A DNA stretch of 64,000 bases from Felis catus. Taxonomy: Eukaryota. The stretch covers positions 136,278,001 to 136,342,000 of the forward strand of contig NC_058368.1 of NCBI RefSeq assembly GCF_018350175.1, read 5' to 3'. This document shows, piece after piece, positions 37,901 through 49,959 of this stretch. The notes beneath the pieces were generated by a model, which had not been told where the DNA came from, ran no database searches, and saw nothing but the letters and a program-made list of their open reading frames with translations. Every line of letters begins with the position of its first letter. The stretch's first letter is position 1. A program made the position numbers and the translations under genes.

Positions 37901-38735
37901 GTGGTGCTATCATTTTCATTGACTTCCGTATACTTTTTAATTTATTAACTGCTTGGTTAGCCCATTCATTCTTTAGTAGGATTTTCTTCAGTCTCCAAGT
38001 ATCTGTTACCTTTCCAAATTTTTTCTTGTGGTTGATTTTGAGTTTCATAGCATTGTGGTCTGAAAATATGCACGGTATGATCTTGATCTTTTTGTACTTA
38101 CTTAGGGCTGATTTGTGTCCCAGTATATGGTCTATTCTAGAGAATGTTCCATGTGCATTGGAGAAGAATGTATATTCTGCTTTAGGATGAAATGTTCTGA
38201 ATATATCTGTTAAGTCCATCTGGTCCAATGTGTCATTCAAAGCTATTGTTTCCTTGTTGATTTTTTGATTAGATGATCTGTCCATTGTGAGTGGGGTGTT
38301 GAAGTCTCCTACTATTATGGTATTACTATTGATGAATTTCTTTATGTTTGTGATTAATTGATTTATATATTTGGGTGCTTGCACATTTGGAGCATAAATG
38401 TTTATAATTGTTAGGTCTTCTTCGTGGATAGATTCCTTGATTATGATATAATGCCCTTCTGCATCTCTTGATACAGTCTTTATTTTAAAGTCTAGACTGT
38501 CTGATATCAGTATGGCTACTCCAGCTGTCTTTTGTTGACCGTTAGTATGATAGATGGTTCTCCATCCCCTTATTTTTAATCTGTAGGTGTCTTTAGGTCT
38601 AAAATGCATCTCTTATAAACAGCATATAGATGGGTCTTGTTTTCTTATCTATTCTGTTACCCTATGTTTTTTGATTGGAGCATTGAGTCCATTGACATTT
38701 AGAGTGAGTACTGAAAGATATGAATTTATTGCCAT
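34967..38735 (-). pseudogene. L1 ORF2 (EN-RT), broken by stops and frameshifts
   Basis: ATG at 38735 gives MAINSYLSVLTLNVNGLNAPIK; the ORF track shows the frame in several pieces. Confidence 0.92.
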
Positions 38736-38837
38736 TATGATGCTGTAGAGTGGAGTTTCTGGTGGTGTTCTCTGGTCCTTTCTAATCTTTTGTTGCTTTT
38801 AGTATATATATATACTTTTTTTTCATCTTTTCTCCCC

Positions 38838-39721
38838 TCAGAGAGTCCCCCTTAAAATTTCTTGCAGGGCTGGTTTAGTGGTCACAAACTCCTTTAATTT
38901 TTGTCTGGGAACCTTTTTATCTCTCCTATTTTGAATGACAGCCTTGTTGATAAAGAATTCTTGGCTGCATATTTTTCTGATTCAGCACACTGAATATATC
39001 CCACCACTCCTTTCTGGCCTGCCAAGTTTCTGTGGATAGGTCTGCTACAAACCTGATTTGTCTTCCCTTGTAGGTTAGGGACTTTTCTTCCCTTGCTGCT
39101 TTCATGATTCTCTCCTTGCCTGAGTATTTTGTGAATTTGAATATGACTTTGACTATGAATTTGACTTGTTGATGGTCGGTTTTTGTTGAATCTAATGGGA
39201 GTCCTCTGTGCTTCCTAGATTTTGATGTCTGTGTCTTTCCCCAGGTTAGGAAAGTTTTCTGCTATGATTTGCTCACATAACCCTCTAACCCTATTTCTCT
39301 CTCTTCCTCCTCTGGGACCCCTATGATTCTGATGTTGTTTCTTTTTAATGACTCACTGATTTCTGTAATTCTTAAATCTTGCTCTTCTGCCTTAATCTCC
39401 CTCTATTTTTCCTGCTTCATTATTCTCTATAAGTTTGTCCTCTGTTTCTCTGATTCTCTGTTCTGCCTCGTCCAACCTTGCCGCCACTGCATCCATCCGT
39501 GATTGCAGCTCAGTTATAGCATTTTTAATTTCATTCTGGCTATTTTTTACTTTTATCTCTGCAGAAAGGGATTCTAATCTATTTTCGACTGTAGCTGGTA
39601 TTCTTATTGTCGTGATTCTAAATTCTGGTTCAGACATCTTGCTTGTGTCTGTGTTGGTTAAATCCCTGGCTGTCGTTTCTTCATGCTCTTTCTTTTGGGG
39701 TGAATTCCTTCGTTTTGTCAT
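38838..39721 (-). pseudogene. L1 ORF1, frameshifted
   Basis: MTKRRNSPQKKEHEE coiled-coil start; C-terminus EFVTTKPALQEILRGTL* with TGA at 38838-38840. Confidence 0.9.
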
Positions 39722-39949
39722 TTTGAAGGGAGAAAAGGAATTAATGAGGTAGAAAAATTGAAATTAAGAAAATTAAAATTAAAAAGTATTAAAATTAAAA
39801 ATTAAACATTCACACACAAAAAAATCAAATAGATGATGCTAGATCCTAGGTGTGTTTTGGTCTGGGTGTAAAAAGTGGTTTGACAGATTAGAGAGACAAA
39901 AACAAAAAAAATCAAAAAAAAAAAAAAGGAGGGGAGAGAAAAACAAAAA

Positions 39950-40590
39950 AGGAAATCGTTTGAGAATTTGAAAAAATGAATACACTAAATTAGACTAAAA
40001 ACACAAAAGTAGAGAATATAGTAGAAAAAAATTATAGAAAAATATTTTTAATAAAAATTAAAAAGGAAATATGAATTTTTCACTTTCTGTATCTAAGAAA
40101 AAAGAAATGAAAACAAGAAAAAGATAAAAAAAGAAAAGACAAAAAAGAAATGGTTTGAAAATTTGAAAAAGTGAATACACTGTAGTAGACTGAAATAAAA
40201 TGATGGGAATAAGATAGAATTTGAAAAAATTTACATAAAAGCAAAAATTATAGTAGTAAAAATTAAATACAAATATTTTTAAAAGAAATTGAAAGTAAAA
40301 ATGAAGTTTTTCTGCATTCAAGAAAAAGAAAAGAAATGAAAAAGAGAAAAAAGAAAAAGAAAGAAAAAAGAAATTGTTTGAAAATTTGAAAAGGTGAGTG
40401 TACTGAAGAAGACTAAAATAAAATGATGGAAGTAAAGTAGAATTTGAAAAACTTTACACAAAAGTAAAAAATACAGTAATAAAAATTAAAGACATATTTT
40501 TAATAAAAATTGAAAATAAAAATGAGTTTTTTCTCTTTCTGTATTCAAGAATGAAAAAGAGAAAAAGGAAAAAGAGAGAAAAAAATTGAA
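39950..40590. repeat. Three diverged ~200-225 bp A-rich tandem units in the L1 5' UTR
   Basis: gtttga(g/a)aatttgaaaa..tga.t...actg/a..agact.aaa recurs at ~39958, ~40153 and ~40376. Confidence 0.85.
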
Positions 40591-40756
40591 TAGATAAACC
40601 TGCTAACAGATTGAAGTAGGACTGAAATTGCTTTGTTTTCCCCTAGAGGTCAGTCCTTGTGACTCTTTATAGTCCATAAATTAAGCCGGCGGTGAGGTTT
40701 GTGTTCTTGAAGAGCGAAGTTGGCCCACTTGGGCAGGGCTTGGTGTAACAGTTCCG

Positions 40757-40777
40757 CTCTCCACTAGATGGCGCTGC
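40757..40777 (+). promoter_or_regulatory. CTCF consensus motif CCACTAGATGGCGC in the L1 5' UTR
   Basis: Core at 40761-40774 closely matches the CTCF consensus CCASYAGRKGGCRS. Confidence 0.65.
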
Positions 40778-42229
40778 TAGCCTACTGGGGTGGATTGTTG
40801 CGGTGCTCATAGGTGCGTATGCGTGGAAGCAGTGAAAAATGGCGCCATCCAGCCACCCAGTCTGTTCTCCTGGATCAGCAATCATGCACCAGTCCTCCAT
40901 CTTCAGCTCTCGTCCACTCCCCGGTTTTCCATTCTCCGTGACCAGGTTCCAGGCAGTACCTCTTTCCCAAGTTTTGTCTCAGTTGCGGCTGTTTTCCCTG
41001 GCCCCTTACTTCCGAAGGACTGTGGCTTTGACCCACTCCGCCTCTCTGCGGGAGGGTCTCTCGGAGCAATGGCCGAATGAGCAATGGCCGAATGTCAGCT
41101 GCATCCAGGAACACCCACTGGACCCTGCTGTTGCCGGTGCCCTGAGACTGCAGCCAGGTGCCAGCCCACCCCCTCCCCCCAAAAAAATTGTGAGACAGTG
41201 TAGCCTCAGTGTTTCAGGGACCATGGAAAATCGCAACACACATCTGGCACCAGGCTTCACCCTCAACAACCTTGCCCCAGCACCAGTGAATGTGGCTGCC
41301 TTCTGGGGTCTGCTGGGACCAGGTAGTTTCAACAGTCTCTCCAAATGTCCTTCCAGCAGTGGAACCACTTTTCCCCGTGTGGCTCGAGAACCTCCTGGAC
41401 CCCACTCTGTTCCTGAGGATTCACCCTTCCCACCAGAGCACCGCTAGTATCAAGCTGCGGAGTTGCAGCCTTTGGGCTCCCCTTGTTTACAGTCTTAATG
41501 AAATTTAAACCCTCTCCTTTCTCCTTTCTCCCTTTTTAGTTTAGACACTGCAGCTGTTTCCAATTTTCCACTTTCTCTCCAGCTGCTTTTGGGGCGGGGT
41601 GCTTTTCCCACATTCTTCCTCCCCCTCCCCACCCCGTCTCCATCCTCTCTCTGTCCGCAAAAGAGGTTCCCTACTTTTTGGGGCTTCTTGCTCCCCAAGT
41701 TCAGCTCTTCGTGTCACGTACCTGCTGAATTCTGTGGTTCAGGCTGTGCAGATTGTTGTGTTAATCTTCCGATTGGTTTTCTAGGTGTATAGGATGGTTT
41801 GGTGTTGGTCTGGCTGTATTTCACGGATGCGAGACACACAAAAAGCTTCCATGCTGTTCCGCCATCTGGGCGGATCCCCAAGGAGGATACTTTCTTTTTA
41901 AAGATACTTTATTTCTTTTTAAAGAAATAAAATATTAGAGTCTGAGTTCAACCTCTCTTCTCATTTGTCCCTCTCCATGTCTTGTTTCCCCCTCTTTCCC
42001 AAATGAACCCCTTTTCAGGAGTTGGGTGTACTTTCTTCCAGTTCACTTAAAAATTAATTCACTTCATATATTTACGTATCAGTAGCCCATAGTAGGTATT
42101 ATTGTAATGTATGTGTGCTCTTAAAATTTTCACAAATGATGCCTTACGTAAAATTTTGTATCCCCCTTCTTTCCCACTCGCATCTTATTTTGGCATGTGT
42201 CCATTTTTATTCCCATAGGGATATAGACA

Positions 42230-42470
42230 GCAAAGCGCTTAGGATCACAGGGTCTGGAGTCAGGCTGCCTGGGTTGAATTCCAGTCCTACCATGCCTAGT
42301 TATGTGACTCTGGGCAAATTTCCTGTCCTCTTGGTGCCTTCATTTCTTTATCTGTGAAACGTGGGTTCTAATAGTCTTCACTTTATTGGGTTGTTGGGAG
42401 GATACCTTGAACTAAAACGTGTAAAGCACTTGGAGCAGTGCTGGAAGTGGAAAGTGCTAGATAACTGCCA
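42230..42470 (+). mobile_element. MIR
   Basis: tctggagtcaggctgcctgggttgaattccagtcctacca..tgtgactctgggcaaatt..gtaaagcacttggagcagtgc. Confidence 0.8.
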
Positions 42471-43252
42471 GATAACGGCCGTTTGTTGTTGCTGTTGTTA
42501 TTAAAGATGCCCCTGGCCGTCTGTATCTAGGATAAAGATGTTGAGCTGTTGTTGGTATTGGTAATGTAGATTTCCACTGAATCTCTCTCGTGTTCTCCAG
42601 TAAGAATTACCAACATTGCTGCATGGAGGTTGACTTGAAATCGTTAACTGTATAATAGAAATATTTCCAGATATTCTTTGTAGGCACTTAATAAATATGA
42701 GCCATTGTGATTATCTAGATCACTTCTTTCAACTCTTGTGGAATATTCCACCATATCAGTGCATTTCCTTAGGGGTGGAGATATAGGTTATTTCCTGTGT
42801 TTTTCTATTAAAAACAATACTGCAATATTCGTCCATGTACATGGTTCTTTATGCATATGTGGGAGAATAGAGTTGCTGGGTTGGGATCAAAGCCAAGTCT
42901 GTTTAATGCCAAAGCACTGCATCCTGTATGTATGTAGAGACAAACTTAATAAATTTTGAGAGTGGTGATGACCTATGGCTAATGGAGAAATTCCCCAGGG
43001 GATGAATATTGTCCCTCAGAAATGACAGCCATCCAGAGAGGCTTGGGTGGAGGAGACATTGAAAGTCTTCTCATTCCATAAATGAATCTACACTGAGCAT
43101 TTACTTGAATGTGATACATGTGAAGACCAACAGGAAAAAAAAGAAAGAAAGATTGACAGGGATATTGTCCAATGAACAGTTTTATTGCTCTAAGAATTAG
43201 AGTTTATTAGAAAAAAACTTTAAAAATTGTATCTCTTCAATGGACATTTAAA

Positions 43253-43492
43253 CTTTTTTTTTTAACTTTTTTCTTTTTAATGTTTATTTTTGAGAGAGAG
43301 AGGTAGAGTGTGATGTGTGTGTGGGGGTGGGGGTGGGCACGGAGCAGAGAGAGGGAGACACAGAATCCGAAGCAGGCTCCAGGCTCTGAGCTGTCAGCAC
43401 AGAGCCCAATGCAGGGCTCGAACTCACTGACCGTGAGATCGTGACCTAAGCCAAAGTCAGACACTTAACCGACTGAGCCACCCAGGTGCCCC
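43253..43492 (-). mobile_element. Carnivore SINE
   Basis: SINE body; TSD tggacattta. Confidence 0.93.
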
Positions 43493-45624
43493 AGTGGACA
43501 TTTAGTTGTAGACATTTGTTGCAGACTTGAAAGAGTGGTGATTTGTGAGGACAAGAAGCTTTGAAACATTATTTCTTTTTTGTTCTGACATAGCAAGTCT
43601 TATTACTGAGCCAAGAACCATTTAATTGTCTGCATATCAAAGAGCTCAAGGAATTATTGGATGGTGTGACTAAGTTTTAGACAAGTGGTGGAGTATTTCA
43701 AAATGTCAAATTAGTGAAGAATTGTAGAGAAGGGGGAAGAAAGGGGCAGACAGAAGAAAAGAGGACTTCACTGGGGGTGGGGTGGGGGGGCAACAGCAGA
43801 ACATTCTGCTTTGATGGAATCAAGTCCAATATCCAGGAGAGAAGACTGGCTGTTCTCTTTTTAAAGTCTGTTTCCAGGGACAGACTGCAATCTCCCGCAT
43901 TCGGACCTTTCTTAGCTTTCAGCAGGCTCAAAAAGAAATTTGGCAATTCAGGTTTAGCTACACTTCCCCTTCGTCAGGCCTCTGAGGACCCAATGGCAGC
44001 CCCGGAGGTGGTTCTAGAAGCTTATGATAAAGCCTCTCTCAAGGCCTGGAGGGCGGAGAGAATGGTACAGACGGTGAGCCTTTTCCTTGGTGCCCAGTTC
44101 CCTGCTTGGGCTTCCTCTTCTCTCCGCAGGTCCCTGGCCCTCTTACTCTTCATCATTCCAACAAATGTACCAAGACATGTGCAGGGGTGCTGGAGTGCTC
44201 AGCTGGCAAAATTGTGCCCTTGGTAGTTGGCTCTGTCCTTGAGCAGCTTGCCTGGTTTTGTCGTCGCAGTCTGTCCTCCTTCTCCTTATCTGGGCAATGG
44301 TGCAAATGACAATGCTCACTGCACAGAGCTGCCGTGCATTGTGGGTAAGGCTCAGCGCCGGGTCTGGCACATGCTACCCCATTATGGTTCCTCCGCCAGG
44401 AGAACACTTCAATATGCAGAGGAAGAGGGAAGGAGCTTTGCTTAGGGAAATTTAGGGCATTGCTTTGGCTTGTTCCTATCCCTGACCCTACCCCTAACCT
44501 TAACCCTCATCTCTGAACTAGTTTGAGATAGAGACAGTCACAGACAACAAAGAATAAGCATTCCCGCTAAGTGGATTCCTTATTCTTTTGAGTTGGTGGG
44601 GGTGGAGGCCCCACTCCAGGCAGGCCAGTTCCGGTCAGGAGCAGCTGAGGCTCTAACCTAATCCCCAGTATCCTTTCCTCTGTGTCCCCACCATTTGGGA
44701 AGTTTTCTTGATTGACTTCAGGGCTAGCCAGCCAATTGAAACAAAGCAGAGGGCAGAACCTGTCTCAGAGATGTGGTTAAAGATAAAGAAAACCCGACTA
44801 TGCTCTTTGATAAAGCATTTTAAGGAGGGCACACAGCTTACAGGCATTGTTCTGTCTGTCTGACCCAGTTGTAATGAAGTCTAATCATTTTCCTCTTACC
44901 TCCCTCTTTTCTCTCACCTGCATTGTAGACAGTATGTATCCAGAATGATCATGTCCATCACCACTGTGATAAGGATCATGATTTCAATGACTGACAATAG
45001 ACGATAAATTCATAACAATATCCACAGATATGTTTACCACAAAACTCCTTGGTTTCTATTGCTATGTACTTCAGTTTAAAATAAATCATTTAGAAAAAGG
45101 GAGAAAGTTGATGGTAAACTAAAAAGAAATAATGCAAAATATGAATTCCAAACGTGCAGCAAACTTCACAGAATTTTACACTAAAAAAAAACCCCAGTTA
45201 AATAGATAATCCTTTTAATACTAATCACTGATATATGAAAGACCCTGGGAATACGAAGTTTATGAAAGAAAGAAAATTGATAGATCAAGGAATGGCAGAC
45301 AAATGATACTTTGTGAGTGTTAGGTGTGTGTATCCCCTCTTGATTAAATAGGTTTTAACCTAAAATCAGGGTTTTATAGGAAAACATAACTGAAATCCCT
45401 TCTCATCCATTCTTTGAGAAAGAAGTGTCGTGGGTAGAAAGCATGTGGGCTTTGAATCGGCTCTGCTTCAAATCCTGGCTCTGCCACTTGCCTGACTGTG
45501 TGACAGCAGACACACTGTGTTCTCCCTGAGTGTCCCACTTCCCAGAAGTAAACCTTATAGGTTGCGCTGTGTGTTCTAACACCCTCCCTCCCTCTGTCTG
45601 TGTCTGTCTGTCTGTCTCTCTCTC

Positions 45625-45628
<4 letters not shown>

Positions 45629-45672
<44 letters not shown>
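45629..45672. repeat. (CA)n microsatellite preceded by (CTGT)n/(CT)n
   Basis: Directly visible. Confidence 0.95.
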
Positions 45673-45674
<2 letters not shown>

Positions 45675-45890
45675 CTATTTAGCTATGGTCTGTTCGCCCA
45701 AGAGTCATCTACATGCAGGTTCTAGCTGATTGATTACTGACTGCATAAACATCCAGTGAATATGTTCTAAACCATTCCTGTGGTTTTTATAAATGGCAAC
45801 ACTATCAAATTACATATGGGAATCCTGGTCAGTATTGTAAACATTTCTAAGTCTTTATTTACTTGATCTTAAAAAAAATCACTATCTCCA

Positions 45891-46085
45891 GGGGCACCTG
45901 GGTGGCTCAATTGGTTGAGCGTCTGACTTTGGCTCAGGTCATGAACTTGCGGTTTGTGAGTTCTAGCCCTGCGTTGGGCTCTGTGCTGACAGCTCAGAGC
46001 CTGGAGCTGCTTCAGATTCTGTGGCTCCCTCTCTCTCTGCCCCTCCCCAACTTGCACTCTGTCTCTCAAGAGTAAATAAAGATTA
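45891..46085 (+). mobile_element. Carnivore SINE
   Basis: ggggcacctgggtggctcaa head and CT-rich body. Confidence 0.92.
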
Positions 46086-46314
46086 ATTTTTTTTTTTATA
46101 TCAGTCTCTCCGTGATATGTAACATTAAGCACTCATCACTTATTTGATCTCCACACAGTGCGTCTTTCTATGAATTGTATATGATTCTGACTGTCACAAG
46201 AGTGAACTCTTCCCTGAATTTGCTACTCCGTTTTTTTTTTTTTTGCAATTACTAGTTTTATGCAGCTATCATTTGTTCTGTCAAGAGCCATTGGGATTAT
46301 GAAGGGCTTGAAGC

Positions 46315-46500
46315 AGCAGAGTATGGAGGTCATAAGCGTGGACTCTGAAATCAGACTGCTAGGGTTCAAATGTCAGCTCTGCTACCTATTTGCTGTGTGA
46401 CCCTGAACAAATTACTTAAGCGCTCTGGGCTGCGGTTTCCTCATCTTCAGAAAAGTGAGATAATAACACAGTGTTATTAGGAGGATGAAGTGAATTCATC
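46315..46500 (+). mobile_element. MIR
   Basis: ggactctgaaatcagactgctagggttcaaat..ctgtgtgaccctgaacaaattactt..gtttcctcatct. Confidence 0.8.
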
Positions 46501-47343
46501 TTGATAGGGGCTGACCCTGTTCTGAACTGTAATTGCTATGAAAGTCTGAAAGAATGAAATGGTTAATTTCGCTATTTAAAATGGATAAATAAAATACTTA
46601 ATAGTATATTGATAACTACCAAGATACTATTAATAACGTAGTAGCTATTGAAATATTAGTAGAGTATATGTTATTCTTGAGACAGCTTGTAAGAGAAATG
46701 TACGTTAAGCATCTGACACACGGTAGGTATTTAGCAAATGGTAGCCAGTCGTTGTTATTCCGCCGGGAAAAAAGCCTGTGCTGGATTGTGTTGAAAGGGC
46801 ACTCATTAGACTCAGTTCTGTGTATAGAGCGTTGAAAGAGCCGCTTTTTAAAAGTATGTTGTTTTCAGGTTCAGTCAACATGTGGTGACTAATGCTGAGT
46901 ACCGTTAATGTGTCAAAGCCAAGCCATCGTTGTCCTGTGGGATGGGAGTCCCGTGGGGCAGAGAAGGTAGTGGCGGGTGAGGGTCCTGAGGTGTTTGTGT
47001 TCCTACTTTTTGCTCCCCTCGCTGCTGCAAATCTTATTTTGAAGCAGCAGGCTTGAGAGCCAACTGCCTCGGGCTGCTGGTGATGAGGCAACCTGGATGG
47101 GGGCAAGGGGAAAACAGCGTGGCAGTGGATGGTGGATAGACGATTTCGAGCTGGTTAACTGTGCTGGGTTTCTCAGTGATCCCTTACTTCAAAAGCATAG
47201 TTATGGTGGCAAGAAAAACTGCAGCAGCCATGTGGCGAATGGCTCAGATTCACCACTCACAAGCTGTGTGATTACTCAACCTCTCTGAGCCTTAGTTTCC
47301 TTAAATAAAAATGGGAGAATAATTCCTGACCCTTGTTTAAAAA

Positions 47344-47560
47344 TTTTTTTTTAATATTTATTCATTTATTTATTTTTTAGAAAGAGTGCAAACAGGGGAG
47401 GGGGTGGACAGAGAGAGAGGGAGACACAGAATCCAAAGCAGGCTCCAGGCCCTGAGCTGTCAGTCCTGAGTCCGATGTGGGGCTTGAACTCATGAACCGC
47501 AAGATTATGACCTGCGCCCGAAGTTAGTCCCTCAACCAGCTGAGCCACCCAGGCACCCCC
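47344..47560 (-). mobile_element. Carnivore SINE inserted in a MIR
   Basis: TSD cctgaccct; MIR-like flanks. Confidence 0.9.
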
Positions 47561-48639
47561 TGACCCTCATTTAAATGAGAAATGCCTATCAGCTGCTTTG
47601 CTCAGTAGTGCCTGGCCCAGAGTAAGGGCTCTGTTAGCTTATGTTATTAGCATACGTAGAGAAATTCTGATAGCCACATCCATCAAGAGCACTTACGCAT
47701 CTTTACTTCTGGGCTGCTGTTGAATAAGAAGCTCTATTTTATCCTAAAAATCAATTAGGTTACTATCCCCCACCCCACCTCTTCACTATACAGTTGTAAG
47801 TGGTTTTTTCCATTTCTCCAATGCTATATATTTTAGAACAAAAATTTCCCCAGTGGATGCAGCTCTAAAGGAATAAGCTCCCTGACCCAGGCTTAGTTCA
47901 GGGAAATGGTCCTTGAGATGCAATCAGTGGGTATTATCGACACTCATTTCAGCTCAACCTGTCTGATCCCTAGGAAAAGAGATCTTAGCCATTTCGTTCC
48001 GGAGGCATGAAGTCTGTATTTTCCGGATCTTATGACTAAGCCTGTGCTGTGTCACATTGAAAGGTTGGTACTGGGTCATGTATGATGTCACCTAGAAGTC
48101 CACAGTCACTCACTGGCACTGTTGGGAACTCTGGTCACATCCATTGTCCTGGTTGGCAGCAGCAAGGCCATCCCTGGGAGACAGGTGCCCTAGAACAAAG
48201 GCTCAGCATAGACTCCCTTGGGAAACAGCTTAGGCCTAAGGGACCAGGAGTTCAAGATCCTAAAATAAAGTCAAATTGTACTTCACAAGAGATGCTTTTG
48301 GGCAGTTCAAGTCTCTCTCTCTCTCTGTGGAACCCTGGATGTGCTTATCTTGCGTCTGTGTGGCAGGAGGGGTGGGGCGGGAACAGATTTATATTTCTCT
48401 TCCATAGTTTTCCCAAAGGCTTTCCTGGGGAAGGAAGGGGAATGCAGAAAGGCAGCTACTAAGGAGTTGACCCTGAGCTATTGCTCAGACGTGCCAGGGG
48501 TCTATGGGAGGATGTGCACCTGCTGAGTCATGACCAGGTGAGGGGTGGCTGCAGAGGAAGGGGCGAGTGGGGCGGCCTGCCCCGAAGGCTGACTTTCCTC
48601 TCATTTCCACATTCAGAACTGTTCACTGCCTTGGACGCT

Positions 48640-49160
48640 CTGTGCCTGGCACTGTTCTCCCCAGACCAGATCCTTGCCCTCATTGAGTTTACAGTCCAAG
48701 GGGGAAGATGAACATCTAACAAAGAAACAAATGAATCAATTTCAGGATAATGATAAGTGCTACCAAGGAAATGGAATTCTGTGATAAAGGATAACATAGG
48801 GCAGCTATTTCGAGTGGCTGGGAAGGACTATATGAGGGGACATTAGAGCAAAAGGTCTAGAGGCTGAGAAGAAACCATGCAGGAGTAGGTGGAGGACAAG
48901 GGGGGGTGGCAGGAGATGAGATTAGCAGAGGCCTGCAGCCTAGTAGATGCTCACAAAACAAGTGACTGAGGACGGGGAGGGTGGCAAGACCAGATCCTTC
49001 TGCATCTTGTGGGCCATGGAAGGAACTAGGAATCACTCTAAGTGCCAAGTTAAGGCTTCCAGGGATCTAAGCAGGGGAACAAGAAGACTCAGTTCATGTT
49101 TAAAAACAGATCACAGTAGCTGCTGTATTGGAGAATGGGATTTGAAAGGGGCTAGAGTCA
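48640..49160 (-). mobile_element. Degraded L2 fragment
   Basis: ccttgccctcattgagtttacagtc..tgataagtgctaccaagga..gggccatggaaggaact..agatcacagtagctgctgtattggagaatgga. Confidence 0.65.
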
Positions 49161-49424
49161 CAGCTTGTGAGTTCCAGTGTAGAGAGTTCTGTGAGGTCCT
49201 CCTCTGTAAGCTCATCTCACACTGGATAGTAATTGTTTGATGTTCCCTCATCTTGCTCCCAGCAGCATAGTCATTGCTTAAGGGCAAATAAGAGTTTGCA
49301 ATTCTCAGGTTCAATTGTTGTTTATGGTTAGATAAACTACAACGAACCTTTCCAGAAAGGCATGCAGGTCCTTAGGTTTTAGGTGTTAGCATACTGTCCC
49401 TGAGAATGTCTGCTTTGAAGAGGT

Positions 49425-49959
49425 TGTCAGGAAGGAGAAACTTTTCCCGTACCCTCTTAGGCTCATTGAGTGGGGGCCTGAAAATCTAACTGGCAATAGA
49501 TACATTAACAGGAAAAAAGGCACACAATTTTTATTACTGTTTACCTGCAAGGAAGTTCACAGAAAGCAAGCGAAACTCAAAGAACCAGTTAGACTTGTGA
49601 GCTTGTATACCCTTCTTACCAAAGGAAAAGGGGTTTGGGCTTTAAGGAACAATAAATTGTGAGGAAGTGACTAGGAAATACATCAGGGAAACTAATGGAA
49701 TATAAGGGCTATTTTATTAAAGTTTGTTTCTGCAGTTTCATGTTGGTGCTGGCTGTCCATCATTCGTGATAAAGGTCATTCCTCTTCCTGGTATAGGAGG
49801 TAGTGAGCGACACCATCACAAAGGGAACTTTGTGCTTTGTTTTGAAGCAGAATTATCCTGTATCTGTTGATTCTCAATTGCTTTCAGCTCAAAGTCTTAT
49901 CTGAATAATCTTTATGCCAAAGTGGCACATTTTGGGGTAGCATATCTTAATCTCTTTCA
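49425..49959 (-). mobile_element. Solo ERV1 LTR (MER34-like)
   Basis: TG...CA termini; minus strand starts tgaaagagattaagatatgctaccccaaaatgtgccactttggcataaagattatt; imperfect 4-bp TSD aggt/agat. Confidence 0.75.

Larger units (their letters stand above)
34691..41878 (-). mobile_element. Full-length (~7.2 kb) inactivated carnivore L1
   Basis: Poly(A) at 34691; ORF2 fragments for endonuclease (37878-38609), RT (36596-37273, FADDMI) and C-terminus (34967-35509); ORF1 start at 39721; GC-rich 5' UTR ending near ccgccatctgg at 41859. Confidence 0.96.

Noticed and set aside
39130..39170. Short jumbled repeats (atttga/ctttgac/tatga) in L1 ORF1
   Set aside because: Probably a local slippage scar in a dead ORF; it cannot be resolved without a consensus alignment
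34691..41878. Full-length L1 as retrotransposition-competent
   Set aside because: Both ORFs carry stops or frameshifts, and only a degenerate TSD (gaggagatcttt / gaggatacttt) is visible
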